From: Nitrospirota bacterium
Lineage (GTDB): Bacteria > Nitrospirota > UBA9217
Direction: 5' to 3'
DNA length: 64,000 bases
NCBI GenBank assembly: GCA_963818475.1
Contig: CAWFSF010000002.1
Location: forward strand, 288,001 to 352,000
The notes under the pieces were generated by a model, which was not told the DNA's origin, ran no database searches, and saw nothing but the letters and a program-made list of their open reading frames with translations. Positions 1 to 11,400 of the stretch are shown piece by piece. The stretch's first letter is position 1, and each line of letters starts with the position of its first letter. Both the position numbers and the translations under genes were made by a program.

Positions 1-359
1 TGCGGCGTCATGATCACCGTGCTGGGCCAGCCTCCCTGGTTGTACAGGGCATCGATGTCGGGCCGCATGTCCGAGTCGACCCTGATGGGAATGAAATGCT
101 CGTTGATGAACGCGATGATCTCCTCGTTCGAATAGGTGGTCTCGTCCATGACATGGCACCAGTGGCACCAGATTGCACTGAGCGAAAGCAGGACCATGCG
201 ATCCTGCTTCTTTGCCTCGTCCAGCGCGTCCTGTCCCCAGGCCCGCCAATGGATCAGGTGCGCCTTGTTCGGATTGGGCGAAAAGCGGAGATCCGACGCA
301 GAAAGGGGAAGCGGCGTCAGGAGAACGCAGCAGCAGACGAGAAGGAGAAGGCGTTTCAT
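1..359 (-). CDS. DUF255/YyaL-like thioredoxin-domain protein with signal peptide (3' part outside window)
   Basis: Own translation from ATG at 359: MKRLLLLVCCCVLLTPLPLSA-SDLRFSPNPNKAHLIHWRAWGQDALDEAKKQDRMVLLSLSAIWCHWCHVMDETTY...IRVDSDMRPDIDALYNQGGWPSTV. WCHWCHVM and GGWP are YyaL N-domain motifs. Not in the ORF track. Confidence 0.85.
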   Translation of the reverse strand, partial: MKRLLLLVCCCVLLTPLPLSASDLRFSPNPNKAHLIHWRAWGQDALDEAKKQDRMVLLSLSAIWCHWCHVMDETTYSNEEIIAFINEHFIPIRVDSDMRPDIDALYNQGGWPSTVIMTP

Positions 360-466
360 AGGCCAATAATACATCATTTTTATAAAGAAAAGAACAGCGT
401 TCATGCATTTGGCTTCGCAATTTTCCCTTGTACATCGTTGCCGATTCTTGTATATTCCTCACTATT

Positions 467-1559
467 ATGAACACCCTCCCGCGCAGGAACAAGGATATAA
501 TCAGGCTCGTCAAACCGCAAATACGCAAGCTCGCAGCCTATCACATCGATGAAACGCCCTGCCGCATCAAGCTCGACGCCATGGAGAACCCCTTCTCGTT
601 GCCGGCTGCGGTGCAGCGCGAACTGTCGAAAGCCGTAAGCAGCGCATCGATCAACCGCTACCCCGATCCCTCGGCCAAAGAGCTGAAAAAGGCGATCGCC
701 GGCCTCTGGGGCATGAAGCCCGCGAACATGATCCTCGGCAACGGTTCCGACGAACTGATCCAGGCGATCCTGCTCGCCTTCGGCGGGCCCACGCTCATCC
801 CGGTGCCGACCTTTGCCATGTACGACATCACGTCGCGCGCGCTGTCGCAAAGGGTCGTGACCGTGCCGCTTGGACAAGAACTTCGATCTCGATGCGGACC
901 TGCTGCTCAGAAAGGCAAAAGAGAGCAAAGCAAAGGTCATCTTCCTTGCCTGCCCGAACAATCCCACGGGAAACCGGTTCTCGGACAAGGCCGTGCGTAA
1001 AATACTGGACAGGGCCGATGCAGCCGTGGTCATCGACGAAGCCTACTTCAGCTTCTCCGGCAAGAGCTACTGAACGCCTTTTGGAGAAATACCCGAACAT
1101 GATCGTGCTGCGCACGCTGTCGAAGATCGGCTTTGCCGGCCTCCGCATCGGCGTGCTTGCCGCGTCGCCGGCGATCGTCGCGGAGCTGAACAAGATCCGG
1201 CTGCCTTACAACATCAACACCCTGTCCCAGGTCGGCCGCTGTTGCCGCGCTGAAGCACCGGGACATCATCGACCGCCAGATTTCCCTGTTGATTTCAGAG
1301 CGGGAAAACCTATATAATGCGCTTGGCGCAGATGACGGGCGTCACAGCCTATCCGTCCGAAACAAACTTCATCCTGTTCAGGACCGCCACCGACGCGACA
1401 GCGGTCTATGGGAAGCTGAAGAAGGCCGGCATCCTGATCAAGAATCTGAACAAGCCGGGGCCGCTCAGGAACTGTTTGCGCGTGACCATCGGGACACCGG
1501 AAGAGAACCGGGAATTCCTGAAAACGTTAAAAAGAATATTGGACACTGACACACCCTGA
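467..1559 (+). CDS. hisC: Histidinol-phosphate aminotransferase (several apparent frameshifts)
   Basis: [56 protein letters not shown] spread over ORFs 428, 870, 892 and 1317. Confidence 0.93.
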
Positions 1560-1577
1560 GAACAAAACAGTTATCCT

Positions 1578-1668
1578 GCCACGAAGACACTAAGACTCGA
1601 AGAACATTTAGTCGGTGATCAGACCTTACAATCAATAAGTATTTCTCCGTGCCTCAGTGCCTCGTGGC
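1578..1668. repeat. Intergenic inverted-repeat element built of 9-mer units
   Basis: gccacgaagacactaagactcgaag ... ctccgtgcctcagtgcctcgtggc; similar element at 54752-54843. Confidence 0.7.
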
Positions 1669-1704
1669 AAAAAGATTTGCGCATCCGGTGTTAGGGAGAA
1701 CGGC

Positions 1705-2295
1705 ATGTCTCGCAAAGCAACGATCGAACGCAAGACCAAAGAAACGGACATCAAGATATCCCTGGACCTCGACGGCACGGGCGTGTACAGCATCAAGACC
1801 TCGGTGCCGTTCATGGACCACATGTTCTCGCACATCGCCAAGCACGGCTTCTTCGACCTCACGATCAAGGCCAAGGGCGATATCGAGATCGACGACCACC
1901 ACACGGTCGAGGACCTGGGCATCGCCTTCGGCCAGGCGCTCAAAAAAGCGCTGGGCGACAGCAAGGGCATCCGGCGGTACGGCGATGCGACGGTGCCCAT
2001 GGACGAGACCCTGGCGCAGGTGGTGATGGACCTCTCGGGCAGGCCTTTCCTGGCTTACCAGGTCGATCTGCCGAAGAAGTACAAGCTCAAGGACTTCGAC
2101 CCCGGACTTGCAGAGGATTTTTTTCAGTCCGTTGCGAACCATGCCGGCATGAACCTGCATATCCGCCTCCATTACGGCCGCGATGTCCACCACATGCTCG
2201 AAGGCATCTTCAAGGCCTTCGGCCGCGCCCTGGACCAGGCCACCAGCCTCGATCCGAGGATCAAGGGCGTGCTCTCGACGAAAGGCAAAATCTAA
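1705..2295 (+). CDS. hisB: Imidazoleglycerol-phosphate dehydratase
   Basis: [40 protein letters not shown]. Confidence 0.97.
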   Translation: MSRKATIERKTKETDIKISLDLDGTGVYSIKTSVPFMDHMFSHIAKHGFFDLTIKAKGDIEIDDHHTVEDLGIAFGQALKKALGDSKGIRRYGDATVPMDETLAQVVMDLSGRPFLAYQVDLPKKYKLKDFDPGLAEDFFQSVANHAGMNLHIRLHYGRDVHHMLEGIFKAFGRALDQATSLDPRIKGVLSTKGKI

Positions 2296-2380
2296 ATCGG
2301 TGAATAGGGTGAGTAGGTGAAGAGGTGAATCGGTCAAGGAGTTTTCCCTCCGATTAACCCATTCACCGATTAACCGTTTC
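2296..2380. repeat. Intergenic inverted-repeat element of 8-mer units (GGTGAATC-like / GATTAACC-like)
   Basis: cggtgaatagggtgagtaggtgaagaggtgaatcggt ... cgattaacccattcaccgattaaccg. Confidence 0.65.
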
Positions 2381-2393
2381 GCCAGATATTATT

Positions 2394-3031
2394 ATGATCG
2401 CAATTATCGATTACGGAATGGGCAACTTACGGAGCGTTCAGAAGGGCTTTGAACGCGTGGGCCGCGAGGCCGTGGTCACGAGCGACGCAAAGACGATCTT
2501 AAGCGCAGGCAAGGTCGTGCTGCCCGGCGTCGGCGCGTTCCCGGACTGCATGCGGAACCTGGAGCAGAACGGCCTGATCGACGTGGTACACGAGACCATC
2601 AGATCCGGCAAACCCTTTCTCGGCATCTGCCTGGGGCTCCAGCTCCTGTTCACCGAGAGCGAAGAGTTCGGACTTTCAAAAGGACTGGATATCATCAAAG
2701 GCCGCGTGGTCCGGTTCAAGGGTCCTCAGTTCGAAACGCAGGATCCGAACGCGAAACATTGAAGGTCCCCCACATGGGCTGGAATTCCATTTCGATCAAG
2801 CGGCGGCCACCGGCGCTCCAGGATGTTCCTGACAACAGCCATGTCTATTTCGTGCATTCCTTCCATGTCGTGCCTGACGACAAGAACGTGATCGCCACGA
2901 CAACGGACTACGGCATCGAGTTCGTCTCGAGCATCTGGAAGGACAATATCTTCGCGGTCCAGTTCCACCCGGAGAAGAGCCAGACCCTGGGGTTGTCGAT
3001 ATTGAAGCGCTTCGGAGAACAGAAATCGTAG
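2394..3031 (+). CDS. hisH: Imidazole glycerol phosphate synthase glutaminase subunit (frameshift near 2760)
   Basis: IIDYGMGNLRSV, LPGVGAF, GICLGLQLL, KVPHMGWN, YFVHSF, QFHPEKS. Confidence 0.96.
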
Positions 3032-3035
3032 ATCC

Positions 3036-3160
3036 ACCACGGAGACACAGAGTCACAGAGAAGGCAAATTTAATCACAAGTTGACACAGATAACACGGTA
3101 ACAAGCTGATCAAGTCGCTTCTATTTCTAGCTTTCCTCCGTGCCTCTGTGTCTCCGTGGT
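3036..3160. repeat. Intergenic element with perfect 17-bp terminal inverted repeat, 9-mer units
   Basis: accacggagacacagag ... ctctgtgtctccgtggt; related copies at about 50680-50808 and 59561-59639. Confidence 0.8.
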
Positions 3161-3179
3161 AAAAAGTTTTGAGGTTTTC

Positions 3180-3925
3180 ATGCTGATCATTCCCGCAATC
3201 GATCTTCAAAGAAGGCAAATGCGTCCGGCTCGAACAGGGGCTCATGGACAAGGCCACGGTCTACTCCGATGATCCCGGCACCACGGCAAAGCACTGGGAA
3301 GCGCAGGGCGCCGAGCTGCTGCATGTGGTCGACCTGAACGGCGCGTTCGCCGGCGTGCCCAAGAACCTCGACGCCATCAAGGCCATCCGGGCCGCCATCA
3401 GGATCCCGATCGAAGTGGGCGGCGGCATCCGCGACATCGCAACGATCGAGACCCTCGTCTCGATCGGCATCGACCGGATCATCCTCGGCACCGCGGCCAT
3501 CGAGAACCCGCGTTCGTCGGCGAGGCCTGCAGGAAGTTCCCGGGCAGGATCATCGTGGGCATCGACGCCAAGGAAGGCCTCGTGGCGATCAAGGGCTGGG
3601 CAGAGGTCACGAAGGTGCAGGCCGTCGACCTCGCCAGGCAGATGCAGGACCACGGCGTTATCGCGATCATCTACACGGACATCAAGCGGGACGGCATGCT
3701 GTCGGGCCCGAACATCGAAGCGACCAAGGCGCTCGCGAAAGCGCTCACCATCCCGGTCATCGCCTCGGGCGGCGTGCATACCATGAAGGACATCGAGAAC
3801 CTGCTGACCGTCAGGCACTCCGGCGTCTCCGGGGTGATCACCGGCAAGGCGATCTACACGGCTCGCTCGATCTGAAGGAAGCGATCACGTTCGTCAAGAT
3901 GAACGACAACCGCTGCGCACGGTAG
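3180..3925 (+). CDS. hisA: ProFAR isomerase (apparent frameshifts)
   Basis: [52 protein letters not shown]. Confidence 0.95.
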
Positions 3926-3929
3926 GATC

Positions 3930-4070
3930 AATTTCCAAATGACAAGCATCAAATCTCAGAATAAACTCCAAATGCCAAAAACCAATCATGAAACTTACTT
4001 CATTTTTAATTTCGGTCATTGGATCTTTGCATATTATTTGCGATTTGTTATTTGTAATTTGTGATTTGCT
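3930..4070. repeat. AT-rich intergenic element of degenerate 7-mer units in inverted arms
   Basis: tttccaaatgacaagcatcaaatctcaga... / ...atttgcgatttgttatttgtaatttgtgatttg; similar element at 33056-33188. Confidence 0.65.
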
Positions 4071-4085
4071 TTATTTAGGAGTCCC

Positions 4086-4944
4086 ATGCTTAACCAAACG
4101 AATCATACCCTGTCTCGACGTAAAAGCCGGCCGCGTGGTAAAAGGCGTCAGCTTCGTGAACCTGCGCGACGCCGGGGACCCGGTCGAGATCGCAAAGGCC
4201 TATGACGAACAGGGCGCCGACGAGCTCACGTTCCTGGACATCACCGCCTCGCACGAGGAGCGCGGCATCATCCTCGACATCGTGCGCCGCACTGCGGAGC
4301 AGGTCTTCATGCCGCTCACGGTCGGCGGCGGCATCAAGGTGCTCGACGACATCAGGAACCTCCTGCTTGCCGGGTGCGACAAGGTCTCGATCAACACCAC
4401 GGCGGTCCACGACCCGGAGTTCATCAAGGCCGCCTCGACCCGCTTCGGCAGCCAGTGCATCGTCGTCGCCATCGACGCCAAGCAGGTGATAGCGCACGAC
4501 CCGGACTTCAAATCGCCCTTGAAATGGGCCGACGACCCGAAGTATAAGTCTCTGCTTCTTTCGCAATCCGCAATCCGCAATCCGCAATCCGAAATTACAT
4601 GGGAGGTCTACACCCACGGCGGCAGAAAGCCCATGGGCATCGATGCCGTGGCCTGGGCGCGGATGATGGCGGAGTACGGCGCGGGCGAGATCCTGCTCAC
4701 GAGCATGGACCAGGACGGACAGAAGAACGGCTACGACCTGGAGCTGACGCGCGCCGTTGCCGAGGCGGTCTCCATACCGGTCATCGCATCAGGCGGCGTG
4801 GGGAACCTGGAACATATATATCAGGGATTGACGACGGGCAAGGCTGATGCTGCGCTGGCTGCTTCGATCTTTCACTTCAAGGAATACACCATCAGGCAGG
4901 CAAAAGAATATTTAAAGGAACGCGGCGTGCCGGTGCGGTTGTAG
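4086..4944 (+). CDS. hisF: Imidazole glycerol phosphate synthase cyclase subunit with about 30-aa loop insertion (1-bp indel just after ATG)
   Basis: [55 protein letters not shown]. Confidence 0.97.
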
Positions 4945-4982
4945 CGAACTGGAAACGTGTTGTTCTGCTCCGCTCTTCTGCT

Positions 4983-5372
4983 TTAAAACCTATACCCTCC
5001 CAGAAACGTGCAGACCGTCTTGATGAGCTCGACCTGATTCACCGGTTTGGTGAGATAACCGTTCGCTCCGAGCGCCATCCCCATTTCCCGGTCCTTTACT
5101 TCCCCCTTGGTCGTGATCACGATGATCGGCATGTTGCTGTTCAGCCCGGTGCGCACCCACCTGACCAGCTCGGCGCCGTTCATTTCCGGCATGTTCATGT
5201 CGGTCAGCAGAAGATCGAAGGTGCCGCTCTTCAGCTTGGCAAGGGCGTCGAGCCCGTTCACCGCTTCCGTAATATTGATCTTGAGCATGCGCTTCAGGTT
5301 CATGACAAGGAACATCCGCATGATCGCCGAATCATCCGTCACGAGTATGGATTTATCTGAATAGTTAAACAT
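4983..5372 (-). CDS. Single-domain CheY-like response regulator
   Basis: ILVTDDS, LLLTDMNMPEMNG, IVITT, GYLTKP. Confidence 0.9.
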   Translation of the reverse strand: MFNYSDKSILVTDDSAIMRMFLVMNLKRMLKINITEAVNGLDALAKLKSGTFDLLLTDMNMPEMNGAELVRWVRTGLNSNMPIIVITTKGEVKDREMGMALGANGYLTKPVNQVELIKTVCTFLGGYRF

Positions 5373-5487
5373 CCCTGCGATCTTCCTTTTCGCCTGCCGG
5401 GGTTAGAAAAAGCGGGAAGAGGCTCCCGCCATGTCTTTCTTGCGCCTGATTATAGCATGGTCCGCGCTGGTCCGCCAGACCGGAAGC

Positions 5488-8400
5488 TTACCATCCGGCG
5501 AACCACTTCACCGCTTCCGCAGCGGAGAGCTGATCGAACTTCATCCTGAGCTTGACGAAGAATCCACGGCTCGTGAACTCGGCACGGGAGAAGTCCCGGT
5601 CATTGAATCCCTCGAAATTATAGCCGATGCTGATCCAGAGGTTCTTTGCAGCGGTATAACCCACTGAGGCCTGGCTTCCATAGCTTTTCTGATCGAGGCC
5701 CCAGGAATGCAGCATGCTGCCGCGGAGCCCAACGTCCCAGGACGTGGTGATATCGTATCGCCCTTCGATCCCGATCAGGTCCGTGTATCCGCGGTAGTCG
5801 TCCTGGTCGATCGTCTCCTGCACATACTTGGACCCGTACTGGAATGAGAGCTGGGTGCGGCTGTCCGCCCGATGGTTCAAGACGAGATTGTTCACCAGCC
5901 GCTGGTTCTCGAAGGATACCGCAGCGCTCTGCTGGTCCGTGCGAATGTAGTCGAAGCGGTCCAGAAGGATGATCCGGGTCTCGAATGGCCGGTAAGCGAA
6001 ACCGATCCGGAAGTCTCCGTTGAAATTCTCCGTTCCCGTTGCCGCGACGCTTCGATAGGTTTGCAGACCCGCGGCAAGCCCCAGGCCGCGCCGCACCTCG
6101 CCTACCGCGCCGGTCGTGAAGCTCACCCGCTCCTCGCTTTCAGAAACGCGGCGCTCTGCGCGGCCGGTCCAGGACCACTTCTCCTGGCGGTATCCTGCGC
6201 CGAGCGAAATGGCGGTGAAGTCCTCGGTGCTGCCCGACGCAGGCGGAACATTCGTATTCACCGAGTACGTTCCGCTGTTGCGGATCGTCGCGGTGCGGTC
6301 CACGCCGCCGTCGAGCGACCAGGCCTTCGTGAGCTGCCAGGTCTGCTTCAGCCCCAGGGTGGAGAAAAGCCGCAGGCCGTTCCCGGTCTCCAGCTGCTCC
6401 ATGGTGGAGCTCATCTGGCCGCCGGTCCAGGGCGACGCCCGCAAACCGATCCGGGTGGTCGCCGTGTCAGCCTGCTTGCCTTGGGTAAGCTCCTGATCGG
6501 CAAAGAACGTCGCGGTCGGGTTCAGCCGGTACTCCATGCCCATGGTCGTCCGCGTCGGAAAATCGATGTTGTCGCTGCTGCCGATGGACTGGTCGTGCTG
6601 GACCCTGCCGAAGAAGCGCTCCGTGAACTGATAACGCATGCTGGTATAGATCTGGTCGGACTGGTGCGTTTCACCTCCAGCCAGCGCATCCTCGGCCTGA
6701 CGCAGGCCGGCTGTCACGTCGTATTTCGTTCCCGTGTACCGTCCCCAGAGCTCGGCAAGGTTGCGCGTTGCGTTCGTGGAGAGGTTCTCCTGACGGAAGG
6801 CCTCGCCGCCCACGGACCAGGGCTGGTCAAGCCGGTAGAGCAGGCCTGCGCCCGTCTTCCGGGTGCCGGTTTCGCTGCCGTTCTGCTGGCCCAGGCCGAA
6901 ACCAGTCTCCTGCTCCCGCACGTAGGCCTTGCCGTCCATCCGGTCGCTCTGGTGCTGGACCTCTGCCAGGTATGCGGAACCCTCGGTCGTGACGCCGGCC
7001 TGCTCCGTCTTCGTGGTCGCCGCCTCTGCCCGGACCTTCGTTGCAGGACCGAGCTTCAGTGTGGCATCGACGCCTTCGAGGTTCCCTTCGCCGCCGACCC
7101 TGCCCTCATGCACGTGCGAGACCCCCACTTCCAGCGTCTGATCCAGAAGCTTCAGGGCGCCGCGGCCGCCGTAGGTGTACGACGTATCTGACGAATCATT
7201 GGACTCGTAGGCTGCCACGATGAAGATGGGGTTGAAGCTGCCATCCCTGCTGAATACGGGCGACTTGAAAAAGACCGTCCCCGCCTCGTAATCAATGGTG
7301 TAATCAAGAAAGCGCGTCAGCTGCAGCCGCGAGACAATGACCTCGCTCTTGAACCGGTCCCGGGTCTCGATGGTTATGCTCTCGGAATTGGCCGCGATGT
7401 TCCTGCGCGAGAGCCGGTAGAGGCCCGAGGTGCCGTCTCCCTGGATCTCATCCCTGACATAAGCCTGGTCCGTGTCCGCCAGGAACAGACTGTACTCGAA
7501 GTTCTCGCCCTTCATCTCGGATTTAAAACCCGTGAAGGTGCGGCTGTACCGAGACAGGTCGGTCACGGTCAGACCGGTGTCATAGTCGCCGAACAGGGCG
7601 TAGAACTGGTCGCGTTCCAGCTTGACATAGATGTTCTTCGCGCTCGCCGCATCGTATTGCTGCTCGCCGGCGTCACCGTAGAGGAGGTAATACTTGTTCG
7701 GATCGATGGTCTGGTAGAGGTCCCGTTTCTTGCTGCCGCTCTTTTTGCTGTCATAGGCAGCCGTGATCAGCCACTCTCCCTTGATCATGCCTTTGGCATA
7801 GAACGCCAGCCTGCCCTCTTCAGAGAAGCCGTCGCCGCCCGGCAGCGTCTCCATGTTGCCCGTTACCGTGTCGTAGCCCACCGTGCCCTCGGCAAGGCCC
7901 ACCAGGACCCAGTCGCGGGTCTCGGGTCTGAGCCAGACGCGGATCTCCTGCACCCCCTGTGCGAGCGGGATCCGGACAACCGCCTCCCCGGTGCGCGTGG
8001 TGGCCGCAAGTTCGATGAGCGCCACGCCGTCCTCACTCACCTCATACCTGAACCGTTCGCGCGGTCTGAGCGGTGAGCGGCGCCTGCTGCAGCTCCGTTG
8101 CGCGCTGCTGCGGCAGATAGGGCGGGTCAATGCTGAATTCGCCGAGCGCTCCCTGGCGCGCCGGATGGCCGTCCCGGTCAAGGAGCCGGACAGCGATGAT
8201 CGCCGGGTTCCTGCCGTCGGCAACAAGCCGCGATCGCCCGGGCTCCAGAACAGCCTGCAAGGGAGGGCCTGAATAGTGCATCGAACGCTCCATGCGGCTG
8301 ACCTCGGCGCCTGACGGGTCAAGGACCACCAGCTCGAACCGGTTATCACCGTCAACGAGGTGAATGCCGCGCCAGATGCTGACCCCGACGGTATGGTCGT

Positions 8401-11400
8401 TCTTCTTCACCGTTCCGTCGAAATAGAGCGCATCCACCGGAACGCCGTTCTGGAGGAGCCGCACCGTCATGCTCGGGTCATGCTTGATCGCGATCTTCGT
8501 GCTCGCGATGGCGGGATGGTCGCTGTCAGGCGGCCAGAGCCAGGCAGTACCGGGCTCTGCTGTGTCGAGCCAGGCAGCAGTGTAGGCCGGCATGCTCTTG
8601 TTGTCCGAAACAGCGGCTGTTCCCTTTTCCGGAGCCCAGACCTCACCGGGCCGGAGCCCGATCGTTGCCACGGCCTTCATGCCGCTGGCCGGGCCGCTCT
8701 TGAGGGCGGGGACTACGAGGACCTGCAGAGGCGGCCGCACCTTGAGTTCCACGCGGCGGTTCCGGGTCCGGCCCTGCTCCGTTGCGTTGCTTGCCACCGG
8801 CTCGTCGGGCCCTTTGCCCTCATAGGTGACTTGGTCAGGTGCAAGTCCCAGCGCGTCGGCGAGGTACGACCCGACCGCTGCCGCGCGCTCGAACGACAGG
8901 GCGTGGTTGTCGGGATACCGCGCTTGCAGTCTGCGGCTGATCGGCCGCGAGTCCGTATGGCCGGTGACCGTAATGTGCTGCACGCGCACCTTTCCGAGCC
9001 GGACAAGGAGACGGTCCAGTTCCTTTTTATCATTCCCGGTCAGGACCGCACTGCCGCTCGAGAACTTCGGATGGAGCACGATGTCCGGCACGGGCTGGAG
9101 CTCCTCGCGGGTGCCAATAACGAGCGCGGTGTTCACCGCCGGCGTCCGGTTGTTCCTGGCCTCGGGCGAATCCGACGTAAGCACGGCTCCGGTAGGCAGC
9201 TGCCGGCCTTCGGGACCTTCGAGCGGCACCGCCGCGTCGAACTTGACCATCCCTTCCCAGTTCGCAGGGACCTCAGCGAAACGGAAGGTCAGCGCTCCCG
9301 CGGTTTCCTGAGGCTCGCCGATGGGGATAACGACCGGGGAGGCTCCGGTCGCCGCTCCGTCAACGATTCTGCCGGAAAAGATCACACTGCCCTTCCGGTA
9401 AGATGCCCCCTCAGGGAGCATGATCGAAAGCTTGAGGTTGCGCGCCGGCACCATGCCCACATGCATCGGCATCGTGTACTCAATGAGGTCCTTCCCAGCA
9501 CCCGCGCCCGGTGCGCCGTCTGCGGACCGCTTCGGAGCCGTGGCGATCTCGATGCTTACCTCGCCGGCAGCCTTCGGTTTGAGGCCGAGGTGGAAGTCCG
9601 CACGCCAGAGCGTCCCGCCCTGCAGATCCGCGAACCGGGAGAAGGGGTTCCCGGCAGAGCGGGTGTTCTCTTCACAGGGCAGGATCTCGTATTTCTCGGG
9701 CACGGTCGCAGTGTCAAGCTGAACCACGTGCGTGCCCGGCTTCACCGCAGCGAAGTGGAACATGCCCTGCTCGTCCGTCACCACGTAGGTGCCGTCCTCC
9801 AGGAAGATCCGGACCTGAGCCAGGCCGGCGCCGATGCTCCGGTCAGGATCGCCGCACCCGTCTATGGCCACACGGCCCGCGATGGTCGCCGTGGAGCGGA
9901 ACAGGTCCTCGATGACCAGCACCGTGGCAGTGGCGGCGTTCGATGCAGAGCCGATCACGGTCGTGGCTACAGCCGTGTTAACGGCCTTGCCGGGATTGGC
10001 GCCTGCTCCGACCGACGCCACATAGGCAACCAGTGCCCTGCCTGACGGTCCCAGGTCGCCGACGGAGAAGGTAAGCCCCCGGCCGTCAGGGGTAACCGTG
10101 GGATCGGCCAGCCGCACGCCGTTCAGCCGGGCCGAGCCTTTCTCGTAGCGGAATCCCGCGGGGCAGCCGGTCCGTGACACCGACACCCGGCGCAAACGCC
10201 GTCGTATCGGCGTTCTCCACCGTAAGAGTATAGGGAACGAAATCTCCTACAGCTGCGGTCGCCTTTGCCGCGGTCTTCTGGAGCCAGAGCCCGGTTCCCA
10301 CGGGGTCCACAGGAATGTCGATATGGAGCGCCGGACCGGGGTTCACCACGAATTCCTCGCCTCTTGATCCGGGATCCACCATGGCAAAGGGGCTGCCCGG
10401 CAGCGCCTGGATCGTCGAGGTGGGCACTGCCGAAGGGGCCCGGTACGCAGCCGGCGGGACAACATCGAGGCGGTAGCGTCCGGGCGCGATATAGGGGAAC
10501 CGGAAACCGCCGGCGGCAAAAGTGTAGCTCGCGCCGCCGCTGTCCATGGCTGTGCCGCCGGAAGTGACCGAGGCCGGGAATGCTGACACGCCGTCATCGC
10601 CATACACCGTGGCAGGCAGGCCGGTCGTTGTGTCAACGAGGGTGACCGTGGCCCCGTCCACGGGCAGGCCGGTCGTGCTGTTGAAGACCAAACCATAGGG
10701 ATCGACCAGAGCAAGGTCGACGCGGCTGTCGGTGCTGTCGGCCACGTCCACGTAGGAGCCGTTGATCCGGGAATTGACGGCAACGCTCAGGATCCCGTTC
10801 CCGCTCACGGCGGGCCCGGGACCGGTCTGGATGTAGCCGGTGAATACGCCCGTGTTCGGGCCGGTCTCGCGAAGACGCAGAACCTCTATGTCATTGGTGG
10901 CGCTGACTCCGACCGTCACCAGGACGGTCTCGATGGCCGCAGGATCGAGGTCCTGGTCAAGGTCGGTCAGGCGGATGAAGAGCGGTTCGCCGGTATGGTA
11001 TGTGCTTCCTGGCACCAGCGGGACAGGCGCGCTGAGGTTGATCGGCGCGGTGCTCGGGAACTGTACCGGATCGGGCAGAACGGCAAAAGGACCTGCGCTC
11101 GTGCGGTAGTCCGTCAGTGAAATGACCGTCGGACGGCTGACGGCGACGCCGGGGCATACTGCAGGAACTCAAGGACCGACGGCGTGCGCGTTGCCACGGT
11201 GGTGATCCGCACCAGGTTGGAACTGGAGGCTACGCCGGCGCCGTCCACGGTATAGGCCGCCGTGGCCGTATTATCGATAAGGGTCCCCGGCGGCACTGCC
11301 CAAAGAGATGAGGACGAAAGAATAAGAATGAAAAGGACCAGGATTGCCATCAGTCCCGATGATGCTGCCCGGGAAAAACAAGCAGCCGCAGGAGCGCATT

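Noticed and set aside
1071-1073. In-frame TGA in hisC as possible selenocysteine or readthrough
   Set aside because: The coding sequence continues in a different frame, so this is an indel; no Cys is expected at this position.
3988-4085. Hydrophobic N-terminal extension on HisF (ORF 3988)
   Set aside because: It is the translation of the T-rich heptamer repeat arm; the real start is ATG 4086 with an indel just after it.
8360-10045. Long plus-strand ORFs opposite real genes (also 5872-7191, 19776-21176, and minus 36993-38840, 44374-45786)
   Set aside because: Antisense shadows of GC-rich coding sequence with no recognisable motifs.
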